This document shows positions 23,601 through 37,246 of a DNA stretch of 64,000 nucleotides, in pieces. The translations under genes were made by a program, and so were the position numbers. Origin of the DNA: Tubulanus polymorphus. Taxonomy: Eukaryota > Animalia > Nemertea. Under the pieces are notes generated by a model, which had not been told where the DNA came from, made no database searches, and saw only the letters and a program-made list of their open reading frames with translations. The DNA lies in NCBI RefSeq assembly GCF_964204645.1, contig NC_134030.1:22528210-22592209 (forward strand), in the 5' to 3' direction. Within the stretch, counting starts at the first letter, position 1, and each line of letters begins with the position of its first letter.

Positions 23601-26600
23601 TGATTTCCAGGTCAGTGACTACTCCGGATCTTTTCCAGATCCTGTTGGACTTAAAAAATCACAAATGGACAACTCCCCCTCAACTCATCCCCCTCACCGC
23701 CTCAGACACTCACCGTTCTTCCCAACATCTTCACCAAGTTTCCCCGATTCAGGAATCCGGTGAGCCACTCGTGCACGGTCTCCTGGACGCTCGGAATCGA
23801 CGTAGATTCGTCGAGAGGAGGGCGGAACGCGACGTTACTCTCGATCAACTCTAAACGTATCATCAATATCGGTACGATTCCTCCCTGAAATAATCAACAT
23901 CGCATTATTTATCGTCACTGCTAAAATGATAGCTTTCATAAATAATTGAAACGGAAATATTTGTTATCGGTATTTTCTTGAGAAAAATACATTAAAACTT
24001 CTACCAGTTTCTCGATTCACCATTTTTTGTTGATTTGTAACTCGTAATAATCATGCTTTTTTTTTACAATTTCTTTACACTTCATTTTATTGTGTTCTTC
24101 AAACTTTTATGTCTAGTATTTCTACCTTTCTTTGTACGAATCAAATAAGGAATGTCAGAAGTTGTTTTCAATTATAGTTCGACTGAATTGTTGGGAAAGC
24201 CTCCGACAGAAACTAATCATAATTTCACTGATTCATTGAAATCTTAATGAATTTCTAAATTGTCGGATTGTCGATTTCTGGGCCCGGTTTCACGAAAAGG
24301 TTTAAGCTTAAAACGGTTAAGTTTGAATTGTTGTCCTCATTGAAAACATGAAGTAACCAATGGTGATTACAATAAAAATTTGAGTTTAACCTTTTCGTGA
24401 AACTGGGCCCAGACCACTTTCGTTTATTTAAACCTCTATTTATCAATTATCTGTGTCTTTGTGGAAATATCACCTGACTGTTCTTATATAAAACGTAAGT
24501 TTTGTCATTTTCCTGGTGTTAATTACTGAGGGTAAACATGGCTACCAGTAATCCTGATCGCTTCGAGCTGTCGGTAACGTACAATCGACGCAAAATAAAC
24601 GTTTGGTCTGATCAGGATAATGAGTACAGAACGATACAAAATTACTTTTATCAGCCGTTGTTTAATTTGGAATCTGATCGGATAACTGTGGATGGAAATT
24701 TATTACAACTTGATATAATAATGTGGAGTGAAGAATTAGAGAATGTTATTAAACACGAACTGAACACCATTTACACAGGACATGTAATAGCGGTGCAAAT
24801 GATGCCGTTTGATGAGGTAAAAAGCGATATCATTTTCACTTTCATCGTCACCCGCGTATGATACTAGATGGGTTTCCACTGCGAGGTGAGAGACAAATAA
24901 AAATGTGGTTTTCTATTTCAGGTGAAATTAGAATGGAGACATGCGCCACCTGGTGTGGAGATACCGCATCATCCCATCCCATTCAATCATCAACCCCAGA
25001 ATCATGTGTTTATCGTTAAGTGTGAAAATGAAGAAATGTGTGAAATCTACAAATTGCGACTTCAACAATCACCGCAATCGATAGGTTCGGGTCTTGTGAT
25101 CGGTGCTAGTCGTCACGGGAACGAATACGTGTTTAGAGTGAACACTGAACCGATCAGTGAAGCGCAGACAGTTCGACCAGACATTGATCAAACTCATACT
25201 TCTCTGATTGATCCTGATAATTTAGAACATCAATTTTGTCAACTGAAATGCACAGTTGAAGAGAGGCTGAACCGATGCTGTACTGAACAACAACTAGAAG
25301 ACAGGCTGAACCGATGCTGTACTGAACAACAACTAGAAGACAGGCTGAACCAGTTCTGCACTGAACAACAACTAGAAGACAGGCTGAACCAGTTCTGTAC
25401 TGAACAACAACTTATAGCATTAGAAGGTAAACTGAACAAAACTACCAGAGATGTCAAAGGGAGAATCGATAAGGTAGAGTGGTCTACCGATGATGTCATA
25501 GGGAGAATTGATAAGGTGGAGTGGTCTACCGATGATGTCATAGGGAGAATTGATAAGGTGGAGTGGTCTACCGATGATGTCATAGGGAGAATTGATAAGG
25601 TAGAGTGGTCTACCGATGATGTCATAGAGAGAATTGATAAGGTAGAGTGGTCTACCGATGATGTCATAGGGAGAATGGATAAAATGGAGAGATCTACCAG
25701 TGATGTCATAGGGAGAATTGATAAGGTAGAGTGGTCTACCGATGATGTCATAGGGAGAATTGATAAGGTAGAGTGGTCTACCGATGATGTCATAGAGAGA
25801 ATTGATAAAGTGGAGCGATCTACCGATGATGTCAGATGCCATATGGAACGCATAGATGATGTCATTGATTCATTGATGATCAGTAAACAGGTTCAGACAG
25901 ACTACTCTCCCCCAACCTATTGAGCAGACAGGTCGACAGTCACGTATAATATGTACGCACTGCGGGACCAGTATATATATATAGGCCTATTACGTGGATG
26001 ATAATAATGTAATGAAGAGATACATTAAGAATGATGGTGGTGTATATGGACTCCATACTGATCCATCTGTTTGTACTGGAGAGAAATGAGAGATTCCTGC
26101 CTTCAGGACAAACTTTTAGAATAAATCACTGATATTTTGTTTGGATACCGTAGAACGTTAGTAATCAGTGGTCATAGTGTCTACGTGCAGTCAGAAAGAG
26201 ACGTTCATGTTTTACGTTTACTAGAAAACCCTGTAAACAGTTTGATCGATAGAAACCGAGTGAAGAGATATCAACTGCATGGACTTTACTTCATCAACTG
26301 CTTTGTTGTCGACGCACGGGAACGGATGTTTGTTTGCAAATAGCTTACTGTATTTGGTGATACACATTTCAGGGACACAATATAATTATAATTTCACTGA
26401 ATAATCAAAAACTTACATCGTTTAGATTAGATTCTAAAAGCGTATCTCGCATGTTTTTTAAACTTGTGATCGATGATTTCTTCAGTCCGGCCATCACGAT
26501 GTTATCCATATAATCGAGGTAGTCCTCCCAGGCGGGAGACGCTTTACTGATCTGAGCCGCCTCAAACGAACGATCGATGAGCTGATGAATCCGACAACCA

Positions 26601-29600
26601 GACGGATGAATCACCGATTCCTGCTCTTCTTCCAGTTGTCTATAAGCAGACGCACATAACGTCCATGATTATTATAGTAATAATGATAATGATTATAATA
26701 ATTCTAGCTCAGAGCTGTTCACAACAATATAGATAAAATAGATACAATTACTAGATATCGAATTAGATCTGATTCTCTAAATAGAATTTTCTAAATGACT
26801 TATTGATAAATAATACAGTGAAACTTGTTGCTGCTGAAGTCATCGCAGTTTCTGATGATCATTATATTAAACTATATCAAATAAGAAATACAAATTAAGA
26901 CTCAAAATAGAGACAACTTTAGTAATATGACGACTTATCCAAATGATGACTTACATTTAGTAAATTGAATTAGAAATACAAATTACAACAAAAAAAAAAG
27001 ATCAATCAAAGCTAGGGGTACAGTAGGGCTAGGTTTCACTAAAAGTAATCGCTCAAAAATTAGATTGAATTCAAAGTTAATAGACTGTTTTGAACGCATG
27101 AATCCAATTCAACTTCATTTCTAAATCTCGTTTTACAGTTATTCACAAAAAACAAATAATTCCTAAATCATGACTGAAAACCTGAATTAATGAGGAAAGT
27201 ATTTTGACTAGTGAATCAAACATTTTGTTAAACTGGATCCAGAGCAAATTGCGAGTCAGTGAGGAATCATTTCGCAAAAATAGAATAAGAATTCTGATAC
27301 CTCTGCCAGGTAAGAAGTATATCCATCAGGTAGCTGGTGGCCGGGTTACGAGCCGCGAACACGTCTAGTGTTAATTTCGACCACGAGAGGGCGATGTCGG
27401 ACACTTCGAGACAGTTGGTTTGCACGATATCGCGATTACTGTACATATCGACGCAGACCAACGACGAAGCGATTTCTATAAAATCAGCGCTTTCTTCCGT
27501 TTTCCAAGTGTACACCGTTAACCCTTGTTCAAACAGCTGCAAAATATCGTAAACCGCGCCGTGTGTTTCATGGAAAACAGTCAAAAAATCGGAGCCAATT
27601 TCACAGTTCTGAATTCGGACAAACCTGATCAATTTTCGTGAGTTTCTGTTCGAACAGCGGTCTCTCGACCTCCGTTAGATTCTTTACCATCGTGTTGTAT
27701 TTAGAAACTATCGTCTCCAATCTCGTAGCTGTCACCTGTCAATTATACAAGAATTTGATGGTGTCATAGGGTGATTTATAGAGGTGGCCATGTTATCTGA
27801 AAGTGTTTACAGTGTCTTAAGTGTCTAGCGAGGTAATTTGATGATGTCATTGGAAGTTTATGGAAGCAGACATCTTTTCTAGAAGTATTCATTGATACAA
27901 TGGCAAGGCAATAACTAGACTATCACTATTGTAGGGGTTATATGCAATAGAGGGGGAGGGGAGATGGGAGGGGGGAGAGGGGAGATGGGAGGGGGGAGAT
28001 GGGAGGGGGAGAGGGGAGGTGGTAGGGGGGTATTTTACTGACCTGTAAGTCGAATGCGTTGGTATTCCTCAGTAATTCACGAGCCTGACTCGGTAACTCA
28101 ACGTTATCGGTTCTAAGGTGGAGAGGGGGAGGGGGAGAGGGGAGATGGGGAGGTGGGGAGGGGAGGGGGGTATTTACTGACCTGTAAGTCGAATGCGTCT
28201 GTATTCCTCAATAATTCACGAGCCTGACTCGGTAACTCAACGTTAAACGGTTCCTGCGATAAATAATGAATCTCTCTCAGTAAACGAATCAACTGACGAT
28301 CGAGATTCACGTGAATCGTCGCTGCTGTAGCCGTAGATTCTTCACCGGATGCTGGATAGTTCTCCGTATCATCATCTTCCATCATTAATAGAGGTTGTTT
28401 TAGTCTGGATGTTAATTCAGCTGATATACTCAACTCCCAATCATTCAACAGTTTACCTTCATAACTACAAAATAACATTAATTTTTGTTTAGCTTGTTTT
28501 TGTTAAGATTTGATTTGAATCTCAAAACCACCAAAATAAATTAGAATTTCAACATCATTGGAATCATTCAGATTGATCTAAAACCAATCTTTAAATGGTT
28601 AAGAATGTTATTTGCATTTTATGCGTAACCACATTCATTATTGTTTCTGTGAAGGTGAAATTTAGATCAACCTCAAGACTTTCAGATGAATAAACTATGA
28701 TATATCGACAATAATGACGGATATTCAGATTTATCTAACTGAAATCTTTGGAGAAACAGTAAAGAATGTTCATTGCATTCTATACTATGATAACATTCTT
28801 TATTGTTTACGTGAAGATGCGATTTAGATAAATCTAAAAAAATCTAGATGAATAAACTTCAGATACCATAAATTGTGGGATTCTTTATCAAACTAAAGAG
28901 AATGTTTTAAAGATCCTTCTAAAGATCCCAGAGAAAAATCCAGGGTCTTTGAGAAAGGGTCCCATCGATCCCTCAAAATGCCCAGTGGTGGCAAATAGAA
29001 CTCAACATCTCAACGTAAAGTACTTACGCTTCTATGTCGTGCATGACTTCTTTATAGGTATCTCTAAGTTGCCAGCCGAGATCTCCATCCAGTGAATGTA
29101 AACTGACTTTACGCATTTTATCCATCGGATGCTGCAAAAAATCAAAAACATCTCTCTTACCAACCAGTTCCATACATCCACAATTATAAGCTCTACCCTG
29201 GACCCAGTTCCATATATCCACACTTATAGCTCTACCCTGGACCCAGTTCCATATATCCACACTTATAGCTCTATCCTGGACCCAGTTCCATATATCCACA
29301 CTTATAGCTCTACCCTGGACCCAGTTTCATATCCACACTTATAGCTCTACCCTGGACCCAGTTCCCTATATCCACACTTATAGCTCTACCCTGGACCCAG
29401 TTCCCTATATCCACACTTATAGCTCTACCCTGGACCCAGTTCCACCTCCACAAGGAAACATTTCAGACTAATGTTTTCATACTGAGTATGGAATTATATA
29501 TATTCATTATCTTTACAACACGAACTCAAGAGTGTTTCATCAATCTATAACACATACCTGCATACGTTGTTTCAATGCATGAACCCAGAATAGTTTACTA

Positions 29601-32600
29601 ACAACAGGAGGCATGTTCAGATGAGTCGGAGGTTTGTGTCGAAATGTATTCAACATTTCTTTGACGTGGATGATTTCTTCCGTAAAAGATTCCACTAATA
29701 TTCGATCTTTATCTTTCAAATTTGCCTGAATTCAAAAAAATTTACAATTTGCGTTACAAAGATACCGGTACTTGAGACCAGCTTTAAACTTTCCCGTAAG
29801 CAAGTAGGCATGAGTTTTACAAAATTTCAACTTTAAAATTGATTTGATTTCAACATTAATACAGTTTATCTTAAGCATAAATCATTTTTATTAAACCTCA
29901 TTCAGCACTAGAGACACTGGATTTATCTACTGAAAGAGTTGGAATTTAAGATCAACATCTCAGCAACCAGGGTAGACCTAAAATAGAGGCTTATATCAAC
30001 TATCTTCTCTAAAAGCAAAGCTACCACGCTTGAAAATATTCTCAAATTTCACTAGTTCCTCAATTCAGCTGTAAATGGAAACAAATTGGTCCTAAATCTA
30101 ATTGATTCCTCACTAGACTTAACACGAGACTCACCTGAACTAGTTCTCGTCCGCTGATGCCTTCAAACACCTCAAGCAGACGCAGCTGTGCCCCGATTGT
30201 CGGACACTGTTGAAAACTGCATCGTAAAATATCCGCTAATTTACGCTCCAATTCCTACAACCGACCGATAAACAGAAGGACAGTTAGTACGAATCGACCA
30301 ATCAGAAACCTCTAACGTTTCTAAATTATTCATTACCTTGACGACGGTTCGAAAAGCGAAGAACGCTTTCTCGAAAGCTTCCGTGGAATCAATCTTTAAA
30401 ACGTTGTCGACTTTCGCGAAGAAGTTTCCCATCGCGGTCTCATACTGAGCGTGGATCTCCTTAACGAGCGCGTCCAGACTGAGACTACCGGCGCCTCCTA
30501 TCTGAGCTGTGTCGGCGAGCAGACGGAAATGACGCGTCGTCTGCACAAGCTCAAGAACGTCGTTACATCTATAAATAAATTAAGATATGGCCGCTTTCAT
30601 CAATACATCTGTGAAATCATCAAATTTTCTCGATATTTGATTCGTGAATAGATGGCTCTCCCTAAATCTCCCTATGACATCATCAAATTGTCTATTAGTT
30701 ATTCACTTTCAACACTCCTAGAAAACATGTCTGCCTCCATAAATCCCCCTATGACATCATCAATTCTTTTACAAATGATCTGATCTATAGAAATATCTAG
30801 AAAGTATGTCTGCCTACATAAATCTCCCCATGACATCATCAAATTGTCTAGTGATTCATTTTCAACACTCCTAGAAAACATGTCTGCCTACATAAATCTC
30901 CCCATGACATCATCAAATTGTCTAACTAGCGATCAGATCTGTAAGTTGTAAAACTGGGCGCCTGAATGATGATGGATCTTAACGAACCTTTCCATGAAAC
31001 TGTTCATCAGATTGAAACATGAAGCGTTTCTCGCAGGCCACGGACTATCGGTCCAAATATAGACATCATCGTCGTCGAGTGAACTCAATTCAGCGTCTGT
31101 CATACCGTGTTGCTTTCTGGGTATACTGTAGGGTGGTATATACGCGAACGGGCCGTACATCTTAGCCGTCCACATCGGACCTTGCGGCTTATGAGTCCTG
31201 AAATCAGAATTATCGAGTTAGTCGAACCCTATATCATACAGAAATTCACAGTTAAAGACTCTGGGTGCAGTTCCACAGTTCTGAGTAAAGATTTGACTCA
31301 TCGAGTTAACTCATTGAAAATGAACTAACTTTAACTCTAACTCATGACTGTGGAACTGGGTTCTTGAGTTCATTTCACATGTTTTCCAACAATTTTGTTC
31401 CACAGGGTTGAAAGAATTGAGTCAAAACATTAATTTTCTTCATAAAATACGATAAAAACCCACTATTAACCCTTTCAGTGCTGACTAATTAACACCCTAT
31501 AGTGCTGGAGATAATTTGAAAATTTAAAAAAATTCCACCCTAGTGTGTTGAATAACGGGAATACCACTATAGTGTGTCTACACCGCGGCGCAGTGTATCG
31601 TTAGTTACTAGTATTTCACTATGTTTGACAGGGGCTGCCATCTTTCAAGAGAGATAATTACTAATTACATCAATACACCGCAGTGCGGCGTACTAGCAAA
31701 ATCCATCACTGATTCGTACACTGCGGTGTAGAAGCACTGAAAGGGTTTACAGATCATCCAGTGTAACTTACAGTTTTTCTGCATTTTCTGCAACGTTTTT
31801 AGCGTTTAATTCATCAGCGCGATCTTTCTCATCCAGATACGTCCCTCGAAACGCCGCACAAACTCTCAACGCTTCTTTCAGTTTAGAGTGCGACTGAAAA
31901 TATCATAGAAAACAAATCTGATTGGTCCATTTACGAGGTAATTAAAAGTACTGACCAATCTCAACTGAGGATACCTGACACTGACTCTCTGATTGGTCCA
32001 TATGCGAGGTAATTCAATAAACTGCGACCAATCACAGCTGAGAACTCTCTGATTGGTTCATTTATGAAGTATTTCAATAAATTAACCGATCAGAGCTGAC
32101 TTCATTGATTTCAATTAAAAATAGCAAGCTATTCTAGATAGCAAGACCCTTCCAGGAGAGGGAGGCACAAGACACCCTTCCTGGAGAGGGAGGCACAAGA
32201 GACCCTTCCCGGAGAGGGAGGCACAAGAGAACCTTCCAGGAGAGGGAGGTATGAAGAGAATGAATAATAAATACCTCTAGCGGTTCATGAAGAACGTCCT
32301 TGCCGACCATCGCGTTCGCTCTGTGGACAACTTCATTCGATATCAATTTCAGAATGTGAAGAAACTTCTCTTTCTGATGGTAATACCTGAAATAATCAAC
32401 ATTTAAAATCATCATTCAAGAATGAAAAAGTTTCATGAAAAAGAAACTCAAATATTTGGTTTAGAAGCTATTGGTAAAGCACAATGAAAACATTTAAACT
32501 TCAGTTACTTCAAACTTAACATTTGTTATCTAAGAACTTTGATTTTCTAATTAGGGTCCAGTTTCACGGAAGAAACTCAAATTTTTGGTTTAGAAGCTAT

Positions 32601-35600
32601 CAGTTAGTGCATGTTTTCAATAAGCAGAACCCCTAGGTTTCCGAGTACTGTGGAAGGGTACTGCTCTCCTATACTCAACAATTGAAACCGTTTTGAGCAT
32701 TTGATTCAGTAACTTCAAACTTAACCCTTTAAAGCTTGAATCTCTTATAAAACGAGAATGAAATTTTTACGTTACCTGGAATGTGACCAGACGAGAAACA
32801 GAGTTCGAATTAACGGCGGAAAAACCTGCAGCATTTCGTCGGTGTCGGTCGAGTGATGCAAACTGTCGAACCACGGCTGTAGAGTTCTTAAATATAACAG
32901 ATTATCCTCCGAATCTCGGATTGCCTGAAATGATTAAACAAAAGGATAAGTACTCGTTTCTGAGTAAGATTTACAAAGAGAATCAAATAAAACTTCTTTA
33001 AGGATTGAGGAAAAAAACACAAGAAAAATGGACTTTCGAATACGAGCTTCAAAGAGATTTGAAAGATTGAAAAAAAAAAGAAATTGAAATAAAGAGACTT
33101 TCAGGATTACTTAACAAATCTATGAAGACAAGAATGGATTGCAAGAAAGAATCACAGGGAAAAGGATATATGGATTACTGAAATGAATCTTTGAAAATAA
33201 CTTCCAGGATTATGGAATTAAAGAAAATGAACAAAGGCTTGAAGAGATTTTAAGGATTAGAAAAATGAATTTATGGAAGAATAGATCAAGGGCTATGAAA
33301 AAAACTTGAAGGGTTTTGAAAGTCATGAAGAAAAAATCTAAAACAGTCAAAATTTGTATGAAAACGTCGTTACCTTTTCGATGTCTTTTCTAACATTGTT
33401 GAAACTATGCGCGTATTGACTGTTAGCTTCCTCTAGATTCATCAGTATATCCCTGGCGACCGCTGAATCTAACTGTTCGTTAATCGAATGAAGCTTCTCC
33501 AATCGATGTTTCCATAGTTTCACCTCCGACAGCGGGCCGGCGTCGTTACCATAGTAACGAGTTAAATCCGTTATCGGTTCGTGTTTCATTATTGCCTGGA
33601 AAAATGAATCACAAATCAACTTACCGGTAATTCCCCCTATGACATCATCAACTGATTACAGGTTTGTTCTACAGTCATTTCTAGAAGAGATGTCAGCCTC
33701 TATAAATCACCCTATGACATCATCAAATAGTCTACAAGTAATTTGACCTGTAGCCACTCCCACAAGTTGTATACCCTTCTGCGTGCATAGATTAATCTGT
33801 GACATCATCAAAATGTCTATTTTCTATAGAAAATATGATTGCGTTCAGAAATCCCCCTATGACATCATCAAATCGCCATTTACTGATCTGCTATAGACAC
33901 TTCTAGAAATGACTACATCCATACATCCCCCTATGACATCATCAAATTTGTCTAAGAAACCTGTGGTTGTTATGTTGTAAGTCTTCGCCGTGATGTCATA
34001 AGGAGAATCGATGGAAGCAGCCATGTTACCTTGATTTGTTTGATCCAGCCGATGACCGTTGATTCTAGAACGTGTAACACAGCGGAACGTCTGTTCACAC
34101 ACGCAGCCGCTTCGGCTAAAACCTCAATAGAGGGCAGCGGTAGTACAATATCACCCTATAAACAAATAAACCGCAATTATGTAATAGATATAGGCACCGG
34201 CTAAACTGAAACACCAGGGGCCAGTTACACAGTCGTGACTTAAGTCCAAAAGTGGTCTTAAATCTTAAGACTGGTCTTAAGTTGTTAGATTAGCTACAGA
34301 ACTGGGTTGGTCTTAGACTTGTCTTAAGTCTAAGCTATGACTATGCAACCTGCCCCAGGGCTGGGTTTCATAGATGTGGAAGCAAAGTAATCCTGGCTAG
34401 GAACATTTTGAAATTTGTCAGTTATATCAATGGTTTCTCATTGTTACTATGTTAGTTGTCACCCAAATTGAGGATTTACCCCTAGGGATAACTTTGATAC
34501 TCAGTCTATGAAACCGGGCCCAGAAATATAAACACTCATGGTACAGACATTTAAAGATGGATTAAAACTTAAACATATTTTTACGATTATCTAATATCAA
34601 TCAGCGCAGGGAAATCTGAACTATCAAACTCGATTAGAGTGTCTTATATACTGAAACTAGAACGCAATTTATTCGAAAAGTAGTCGTTATGAAACTTACG
34701 TGTTGGTGTCCCTCGGTGATTTCAACAATCGACATCATTCGATGTAAAACGTCCATGATTTTATCGGAGTTGACGCCGGCGTTTAGCGCGACGTTTTGAT
34801 CGATGCATAACATCGGCATAAACACTTCTCTTACGAGTAAATCAATATGCTGCAGAGCAGACGGCGAACAATCGATATAATATACCTCATCATCTGTAAT
34901 CAATCAAAAACATTCGTTCTTTAGTTTATCGAAAACTGATTAATAAATTATCAGTTAAAATCAGTACAGGGCCCAGTTTCACGAAAAGGTTAAACTCAAA
35001 TTTTTGGTGTAATCACCATTGGTTACTCATGTTTTCAATGAGGACAACAATTCTTACTTAGCTGTTTTAGGCTTAAACTTTTTCGTGAAACTGGGCCCAG
35101 TACGGTTAATTTTTCTAAATTTTAGACCTTGAGTTTGTCAAATTAAACCGTACTGGGGGCCAGTTTCACAAAAAAGTTTAACTCTTAAATCGATTTAATT
35201 TCTTCATCAATTCAGTTTATCTTCAATCGATTAAGGCCTTAATTCTTTTTGTGAAACTGGGCCCTGGATTAAGGCCTAAACCGATTTAAGATCAACTGAG
35301 TTTACTAAGAAATTGAACCGATTTCAGAGTTAAACCTTTTTGTGAAACTGGGCCCAGTACGGTTGATTTGATAAACTCAAAGTCTAAAATTTAGACAATA
35401 ATGAGTAAAAAATACAATACAATTTACAAAAAATAACAGCGTAACATAACATAATCAAAAACTGCCTTTATGCGGACAAAATTCAAGGGTCAGCAGTACT
35501 GTAGTCAAGGGTGGAGCCAGGATATCTGTAAAACAGGGGGATCATATGGAAGAGTATAAAAGTAATCGCAAAAAGCAATCTAACACAGCAAGGCCCTCTC

Positions 35601-37246
35601 CCAGATTATTTTGAAATTTCAAAAGGCTTTTTGATGGCTGACATTATTTTATTCTAAGAGTTTATTTTAAGAATTTATCCCAACGAAAGATTCCATTGCG
35701 CAGTTCAAACAAATTTCAGTCTCATTGCAAATGCACAAACTTAGAGAAACATTTTGCTTTGAAATGTTCTTGAAAATCAGTGGGGGATTTTTACCTACTT
35801 TGAATATATGGGGATTTCTACTTAGTGGATTTTTACCTACAACCATACCTACAATTCATATTTCTTTATAAAATGGGAAAAAAATTCCTAAACATTTTGA
35901 GGGCACCAAAAAAAATTTAGGCAAGGACTAGTGATGAGGACTAGTCCCCCTGGTCCTCTGTTGGTAGTGAATAAACCGGTAGTAAAATAGCTGCTGAACA
36001 GTAAGTCATTTTGTTCATTTTGTCGTTTATCGAAACAACCTACTCATATTTTCTTTAGTCAGTTTAGTTCCCATGTTGGTTTTGAGGAAGATCATAGCTT
36101 TATTGTGTAATTCAGCTGGAGGGTTGATAGAGGCTAACATCTGTCGAGGTGGGTGAATATAAACGTACAACCTCCTTACATCCTCATTGTTCAAAAACTC
36201 ATGAAATGCATATCTGAAAAATAGATTTATTCAAAAAAATTAATGTTCTTCATCAATGATTAATCAACAGTTAGGCCCTATTTATCAGTTTGTCAAGGGT
36301 GCAAGTCAGCCCAATTAGTTTGTCTTAGTGACTGGGCACAGGGCACAAGCCAGCCCAATTAGTTTGTCTCAGTGACTGGACACAGGGCACAAGCCAGCTC
36401 AATTAGTTTGTCTCAGTGACTGGACACAGGGCACAAGCCAGCTCAATTAGTTTGTCTCAGTGACTGGGCACAGGGCACAAGCCAGCTCAATTAGTTTGTC
36501 TCAGTGACTGGGCACAGGGCACAAGCCAGCTCAATTAGTTTGTCTCAGTGACTGGGCACAGGGCACAAGCCACCTGAATTAGTTTGTCTCAGAGACTGGG
36601 CACAGGGCACAAGCCACCTGAATTAGTTTGTCTCGGAGACTGGGCACAGGGCACAAGCCACCTCAATTAGTTTGTCTCAGTGACTGGGCACAGGGCACAA
36701 GCCACCTCAATTAGTTTGTCTCAGAGACTGGGCACGGCACAAGCCAGCTCAATTAGTTTGTCTCAATGACTGGGCATGTGAACATGCCAGCCCAATTAGC
36801 TTGTCTCAATGACTTGATAATCCCACCAGGGAGGCCGGTGCAAGCCAGCTAAATCAGTTTGTCTCAATGACTAGGTACAGAACAGGGCATAAAACTAGCT
36901 CCCACTAACTAACTTTCTCTCTCTTCTGACAGGCACGCCACAAGCCAGCTCAAAATTTAGTTTTGAATTGATCAGTAAATCTCAGTGACTAGGCAGATAA
37001 TAGACCAGTTCATGGAAAGTTTGGTTAGTTTGCTTCAGTCGACTGACACCGACAAATATAATTGAAAGTGTTAAAAAAACAACATTTGAAATCAACCGTC
37101 GACGCGTCGGTCCGGTAGTTTTTTCGGTATTAATTTCCCTACCTGTTTTCTTCGTTTGCCAGCAGATTCTTTAATTCCTCATTTCGCGGCCGAAGCGAGG
37201 AATTAATTCTACTCTCGAACCAGCGTAATTTGTCGTCCATTTCCAT
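8658..37246 (-). CDS. Axonemal dynein heavy chain (divergent, outer-arm-like); N-terminal ~1913 aa (DHC_N1 tail and DHC_N2 linker), 3'-partial
   Basis: 34 GT-AG exons join in consistent phase: 37143-37246, 36044-36213, 34700-34893, 34030-34155, 33374-33595, 32776-32924, 32275-32386, 31772-31893, 30988-31197, 30337-30568, 30135-30254, 29558-29725, 29028-29131, 28182-28464, 27625-27735, 27301-27536, 26417-26639, 23714-23884, 23038-23309, 22555-22699, 22094-22234, 21539-21661, 20652-20864, 19978-20189, 19432-19651, 18818-18971, 16979-17148, 16451-16618, 12398-12613, 11863-11998, 11121-11264, 10484-10635, 9199-9382, 8658-8690. Diagnostic motifs: GDIVLPLP..LESTVIGWIKQI, GPLSEVKLW, LNMPPV, DLSNPAMRTRHW, WLSVQEKW, LERRRQKFPRFYFLS, GQVESWL. 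Confidence 0.92.
9543..9680 (-). mobile_element. 3' end of an L2-like LINE/SINE with (CATT)n tail
   Basis: On the - strand AATAAAG is followed by a (CATT)n microsatellite tail, typical of L2-clade 3' ends. Confidence 0.45.
10141..10406 (+). mobile_element. Palindromic Penelope-like element remnant with minimal hammerhead motif; 16-bp TSD
   Basis: Inverted arms ~10139-10247 and ~10258-10370. CTGATGA-T-GGCTAAC-agtt-GTTAGCC-GAAAC at 10266-10296. Direct repeat agctgtacagaataac at 10125-10140 and 10407-10422. Confidence 0.75.
10765..11041. mobile_element. piggyBac-like MITE, copy 2 (opposite orientation to copy 1)
   Basis: TTAA TSD and the same TIRs and internal sequence as 6935-7220. Confidence 0.85.
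11468..11748. mobile_element. Harbinger-like MITE with internal 60-bp tandem amplification
   Basis: TIR ggctaggtttcatag...catgaaaccaggcc. An unamplified copy lies at ~34358-34521. The right portion is repeated three times here. Confidence 0.65.
13095..16470 (-). repeat. 51-bp minisatellite, ~66 copies, made of the dynein exon 28 3' end plus its splice donor
   Basis: Unit on - strand: TCACTGGTCAACATCGGTGAG|GTGAGTCTAACACCCATAGCCCCCCTAAAC. The first unit is the real exon end (SLVNIGE|gtgagt at 16451/16450). Confidence 0.95.
17207..18781. repeat. ~108-110-bp tandem repeat, ~14 copies, filling dynein intron 26
   Basis: Visible periodicity of gatcagtttttgaaagtgtgctgataaaatgtc; occupies nearly all of the 17149-18817 intron. 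Confidence 0.95.
24281..24409. mobile_element. Harbinger/PIF-like MITE (GGCCCAGTTTCACGAAAA TIR, CWG flanks)
   Basis: TIRs ggcccggtttcacgaaaagg / ccttttcgtgaaactgggcc flanked by CTG/CAG; copies at 34970-35097 and ~48017-48146. Confidence 0.75.
24538..25923 (+). CDS. Uncharacterised 426-aa protein (exons 24538-24816, 24922-25923) nested antisense in dynein intron 17; C-terminal repeat coiled coil
   Basis: TATATAAAA at ~24486, ATG in good context, phase-0 GT-AG intron (PFDE|VKLEW), open frame to TGA. 13-aa (LEDRLNRCCTEQQ) and 14-aa (DDVIGRIDKVEWST) repeats; ends PPTY. Confidence 0.75.
28030..28112 (-). repeat. Duplicated 3' end of dynein exon 14 plus donor
   Basis: 28040-28105 copies 28180-28245 (…AFDLQ|gtcagt) almost exactly; G-rich spacers flank both copies. 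Confidence 0.85.
29186..29445. repeat. 39-bp minisatellite, ~6.5 copies, containing the MITE-end motif gacccagttcc
   Basis: Unit atagctctaccctggacccagttccatatatccacactt. Confidence 0.9.
31470..31745. mobile_element. piggyBac-like MITE, copy 3
   Basis: TTAA/TTTA flanks; same TIR and body as copies 1 and 2. Confidence 0.85.
34970..35395. mobile_element. Cluster of Harbinger-like MITEs forming a ~280-bp palindrome
   Basis: MITE 34970-35097 with CAG TSD, followed by an inverted duplication of ~35114-35230 versus ~35280-35395. Confidence 0.7.
36301..36800. repeat. 44-bp minisatellite, ~11 copies, in dynein intron 1
   Basis: Unit cacagggcacaagccagctcaattagtttgtctcagtgactggg. Confidence 0.92.

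Noticed and set aside
25239-25865. Antisense ORFs of 208 and 140 aa
   Set aside because: Shadow frames of the 39- and 42-bp coding repeats of the nested + strand gene.
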